The notes under the pieces are model-generated. The model did not search any database. It was not told the DNA's origin and worked only from the letters and a program-made list of their open reading frames with translations. A DNA stretch of 35,414 nt from Octopus bimaculoides (lineage: Eukaryota). The position numbers and the translations under genes were made by a program. Positions 31,220 to 35,414 of the stretch are shown here, piece after piece. The DNA is taken from the NCBI RefSeq assembly GCF_001194135.2, contig NC_068989.1, forward strand, positions 36,636,941 to 36,672,354. The letters run 5' to 3'. The first letter of the stretch is position 1. Every line of letters starts with the position of its first letter.

Positions 31220-34200
31220 ATCAATTGTTTAATTGATAGAAAGTAATAAGTGGTCCAAGGGATGAAAATTTTGTGTATGGCAGTGCACTTATCAAACTGA
31301 TAAGTGCGATGTGTGAAACTTTTGGCTAATGCGCGTGTGTGTGTATGAATGTGTATGTATGTGTGTCTTTATCACATAATACTTGTAAATGAGTGTCACT
31401 GACATACAAGCAGTGCCTTTTATTCCCAATCTCCTATGAAAGGTTGTAAACTTGTCCAGCTATGGGAAAATATTACAGGTGAGGTTTGGTAACAGGAAGG
31501 GCACACAACCATAGAAAGTCTACCTCAATAATTTCCATCTGCCCCATGTGGACATTAAAATGATTGTGTGTGTGTATCATACCTATCTATTTATAGAAAG
31601 AGAAAAGGGAGGGAGAGAGATAGAAAGAGAGAGAGACATACACACGCATATAATTATACTCATATACATATATATCGTCATCATTTTATACCTGCTTTAC
31701 ATGCTGGCATGGATTGGACAGTTCTGCAGGTTCCGATGTATCAGAGGACCAAGTCTTGTTCTAACATTTCAGTTTGGCATAGTTTCTGTTTTCCTAATAC
31801 ACATCACTTATTGGGTGCAGTTTCTATTTGTGGCATCAACACTATAGATTTACGCTCCAGAACACTGTTTCAGCGAAATATCAACTGGGAAACAAAAAGA
31901 AAGGAGCAAAAATTGAACTTTTGACCACAAATTCAAGTATCCGGCAACAATGTTATTGTTTATCCACATAACTTTATAGCCTTATTTTGGATTCAGTATC
32001 CATAGGGAAACATAAGACCTTCACCTAACCTTGGATGTCACCTGATCCATATCAATAATGAAGGATCAAAGATCTAGTTAGGTACATTTGTGTTAGTGAT
32101 ATCCACAAATCATGATTCCAAGACATTTTCATCATCATCATCATCAAGTGTCTATTTTCCATGCTGGTATAGGTTGGATGATTTGACATGGAGCTGGCCA
32201 GCCAGAGAGCTGTCCAGGCTCCAATTGTCTGTTTTGGTATGGTTGCTATGGCTGCATGCCCTTCCTAATACCAACCACTTTACAGAGTGTGCTGGGTGCT
32301 TTTTATGTGCCACCAGCATGGTTGCGTTTATGCAGCATCAATGAATTGTATGCGGCACCAACACAAGTGCACAAGTGAACTGTATATGGCACCAGCACCT
32401 GCAAAGGACATGCCTGTATGTATGTATGGATGACCGTGATTTTACTTAGCTTGACTCATCTTCTCAAGTACAGAAAATTGCCACAAAATTGCCACATCTA
32501 AAATAAATTTCAAATGTTTGCCAAAATCCAATACTGCCTAATAATTCCTCTGCAACATCTGCCAGTTATGGAAAATAATGTGAATTTTGGCACAGGAAGT
32601 GGCAATGATAAATTTTCACTTTCTCACTAACCCTTTTGTTATATAGGGATGGTCATACTGGTGATATAGGGATGGTCATGTGTACTATATGTTAGATCTT
32701 TATTTCAGCTTTATAATTATTATTTTTGTTTTTTGACCAAAGCTCTTTCATCACACATCCCGATTCCTCTTCAATGACTCTTTATCCCATGTGTCACCTT
32801 TTGAGAAAATGGACTAAGTAAAACAATATAGAAACACATAGGATAAAGAATTGACCATCCCCAAGTATAAAAATATCCATCTCAACACATGATTTCACAT
32901 CAAGAATCTTAGAAAACAAATATATATTTTAAACTTTTGTTACCATATTTCTATTAAAATACAATGCTTTTGTTTCAATTAACTTTGAAAATAAAGAATT
33001 TAGTTGTCATTATTAAGATGGTGCTTACAATATAATTCAATTGGAAAGTTTTAATTTAGATAATTTTAAAACAGAATGGTCTCAGGTGGTTTGGTATATA
33101 AAGAGTTTAAAAAGCGATATGTTTAGTGTAATAATGGTCACATTGTTTCTCTGAAGCTGCAGATTTGCCATCATTAAAATTAAGGGATGGTGATGGTGGG
33201 GCAAAAAGTGCTATGAGGTTAACTTAATAACCTCTCAAATACTTTGCAATGAATTTTAGGTTCTCGGGTTGAAGAAATTTCTGTATTCTGCCAAATAATA
33301 TCATCAGTTGGCACAGAGAGTGGCAGTAGAAAGCCATCTTACATCTGCATGAAAAAATTGTCAAATTCTTCTTCATTTTCAGCACACAGTTGAAATTTTT
33401 CACCAGATTTTAAAGAACTTTTGATCTTATTGATCATCTTTACCGAAAACTGGTGGGAATGACTGATGCATGACTGGAATGAAGTATTTTATAATGAGAT
33501 GAAGTCAATGAATTATGCAGTGAAACATAATGGCATTTGGACTTTTTTTTAAATACAATATGATAGGAAAAAATTTATATCAACCAAGCATAAAGGGAAT
33601 TCCATTGGTTGCACACAAAAAATGTTATCAATAGGAATATTGTTTTTAGGAAAAAAATTTATTACTCCTTTAACTGCATAAATCAGATATATCCAGTCAA
33701 AATTTCATTTCCCTTAACTGTGAAAAGCAGTTTTATATGTCTGCTGTTGAAGAATGCCATGTTAGAAAATATCTTTTGTTGGAGTATGTCAAGCTTATTA
33801 TGAAGTAATGCGACTTACAGAAAATACCAATTTTATGTTTTGGTGGATAATTAACATCATTACGGGAATAACCATGAAATTAAATTACGCATTTAAAGAG
33901 TTAAGACAAAGTTTGAATCAGTCTCTAGTTTTCCAGTAAGAAACTTCCTTATCCAAATATCTTACATATGCCATTAGTAAGGCAGCACTATTAACAGTAG
34001 ATCAATCCAGCTGTATGGAAAATCTCTATTCATGAAACTTTTCAGTTTTGTCACCTTTTACATCATGTGTCACTTCCCTGATCTGACTTTTGACAGATTA
34101 ATCGATGCTGACAAATCACCATTGTTTTAATGTCCACTTTTCCGGGTTTCATGGGTTGAGGCAAGTTTTCTACAGTCAGATGGACTTCCTATTGCCAACC

Positions 34201-35304
34201 TTCAACTGCTTCCAAATAAGGCAATATTCCCCCTTGTCTGGATATGTTTTCGCACAAGATTGGAAACAAGGACACTGCTTGCATGTTGGTGATATTCATT
34301 TAAAACTATCGTATGAAGTCAAGGAAAGGAGAGTAACATTCACACACACTCTCACATACATGCATATATACAACAGGCTTCTTTCAGTTTTCGTTTACCA
34401 AATCCACTCACAAGTCTTTGGTCAGCTCATAGTTGTAGAAGAAGTCAGAGGCTGAAGGTGTCATGCAAATTTCTTAACCAATAAACCATACTTGTAAACA
34501 TCATCATAATCATGTTTCTTTTCCCAAATTATTCCTCAAGTTTTGAAATATTCAAGCAGCTTAGCTTATTTCATAGTGAATTTTCATAAAACAGCCACAC
34601 TGTCCTGGAAGTTTCATAACCTCACTTCAAAATGCCTACTTGCATATAAGACACATCGAGAGACAACTTTCTGCTGATGAGTGAATAAATTTCAATGTCA
34701 GATTATAAAAGAGGTACCAGCAACAGCTGTTAGGAAAAAATACTACAACAAAATAATACACATTTGTCACTTGTAAATATTCACAGAATAACTTAAAAGC
34801 TGATGCAAGAAAACAGATTTTCTTTATCTTTCATTTCTTGTATCATAGTTGGGAGTGCTATAACTTTAGTTTAGGTGTGCACATCTAGAGGAGGAAACAA
34901 CAGCACCACTTTGTATGCTTGTTGTTTTTGTACACCACTGACACAACCTGTAACACTGACTGACACTACATGCCATGACTAATAACTCCCAGTTGTCACT
35001 AATAATTTTAGTTAAATAGTCAATTAGCCTGAGGATTTCATGTTAGTCAAACCATTGATAAAAAGTTATGAGAGTCAAGTCATAAACAGCTTGATATCCA
35101 CCTGCTGTTCAATAAAGGCCAATCACCCAATGTAGACAGGTGATTATCAAATGGAGGGAAGGGATGGCTACTGCCTAAGTTTCTGACCACTGACCTACAG
35201 TTTCATGCAGGGTACATATGAGACGTTATGAGAGCACAACATTAAACTCTAGGCTTTTGAGGCACTTATATAGCTTTACAGCAAAATAATGAAGAAACTA
35301 TATG

Positions 35305-35414
35305 AAACACACATACATTATATATATATATATATACACATACATATACATATATACACATACATATGTATATATATATATATATACATACATATGTATA
35401 TATATATATATATA
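35305..35414. repeat. (TA)/(CA)n microsatellite running to the window end
   Basis: Directly visible. Similar tracts at ~790-850, 1015-1080, 3392-3441, 6918-6955, 7594-7636, 7816-7847, 12402-12432, 15720-15750, 28340-28362, 31180-31220. Confidence 0.95.

Noticed and set aside
32641-32680. Short direct repeat atatagggatggtcat x2 (also small duplications near 32340-32400)
   Set aside because: Two-copy local duplications with no spacer array. Not CRISPR-like and not clear TSDs.
33815-33935. Candidate Shc 5' UTR exon (minus-strand GTAAGT at 33820-33815, a few CpGs)
   Set aside because: A lone consensus hexamer is expected by chance in this much AT-rich DNA; no convincing acceptor or promoter.

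Overview
AT-rich, microsatellite- and SINE-dense eukaryotic DNA with four N gaps. The repeat landscape looks like an octopus/coleoid cephalopod genome (inference). The host gene is a minus-strand Shc adaptor (PTB domain). Five GT-AG coding exons (16304-16155, 14225-14155, 11589-11529, 4090-3971, 751-698) join in frame into 152 codons. The gene continues beyond the left edge, and its 5' UTR exon/promoter was not located. The rest is intron or upstream DNA packed with mobile elements: a 5'-truncated Penelope-like retroelement (GIY-YIG fragment, inverted tail, near-complete minimal hammerhead ribozyme), two further degenerate hammerhead-like motifs each tied to a fold-back, a decayed DDE transposase interrupted by a bipartite RTE-derived retroposon, a decayed mariner, hAT/TA/TTAA-type MITEs, several SINE families and a probable old CR1-like LINE remnant. 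No CRISPR, rRNA or genuine tRNA gene is supported. Most ORFs in the supplied track are artefacts of gaps, microsatellites or TE debris. Repeat boundaries without a TSD are approximate.
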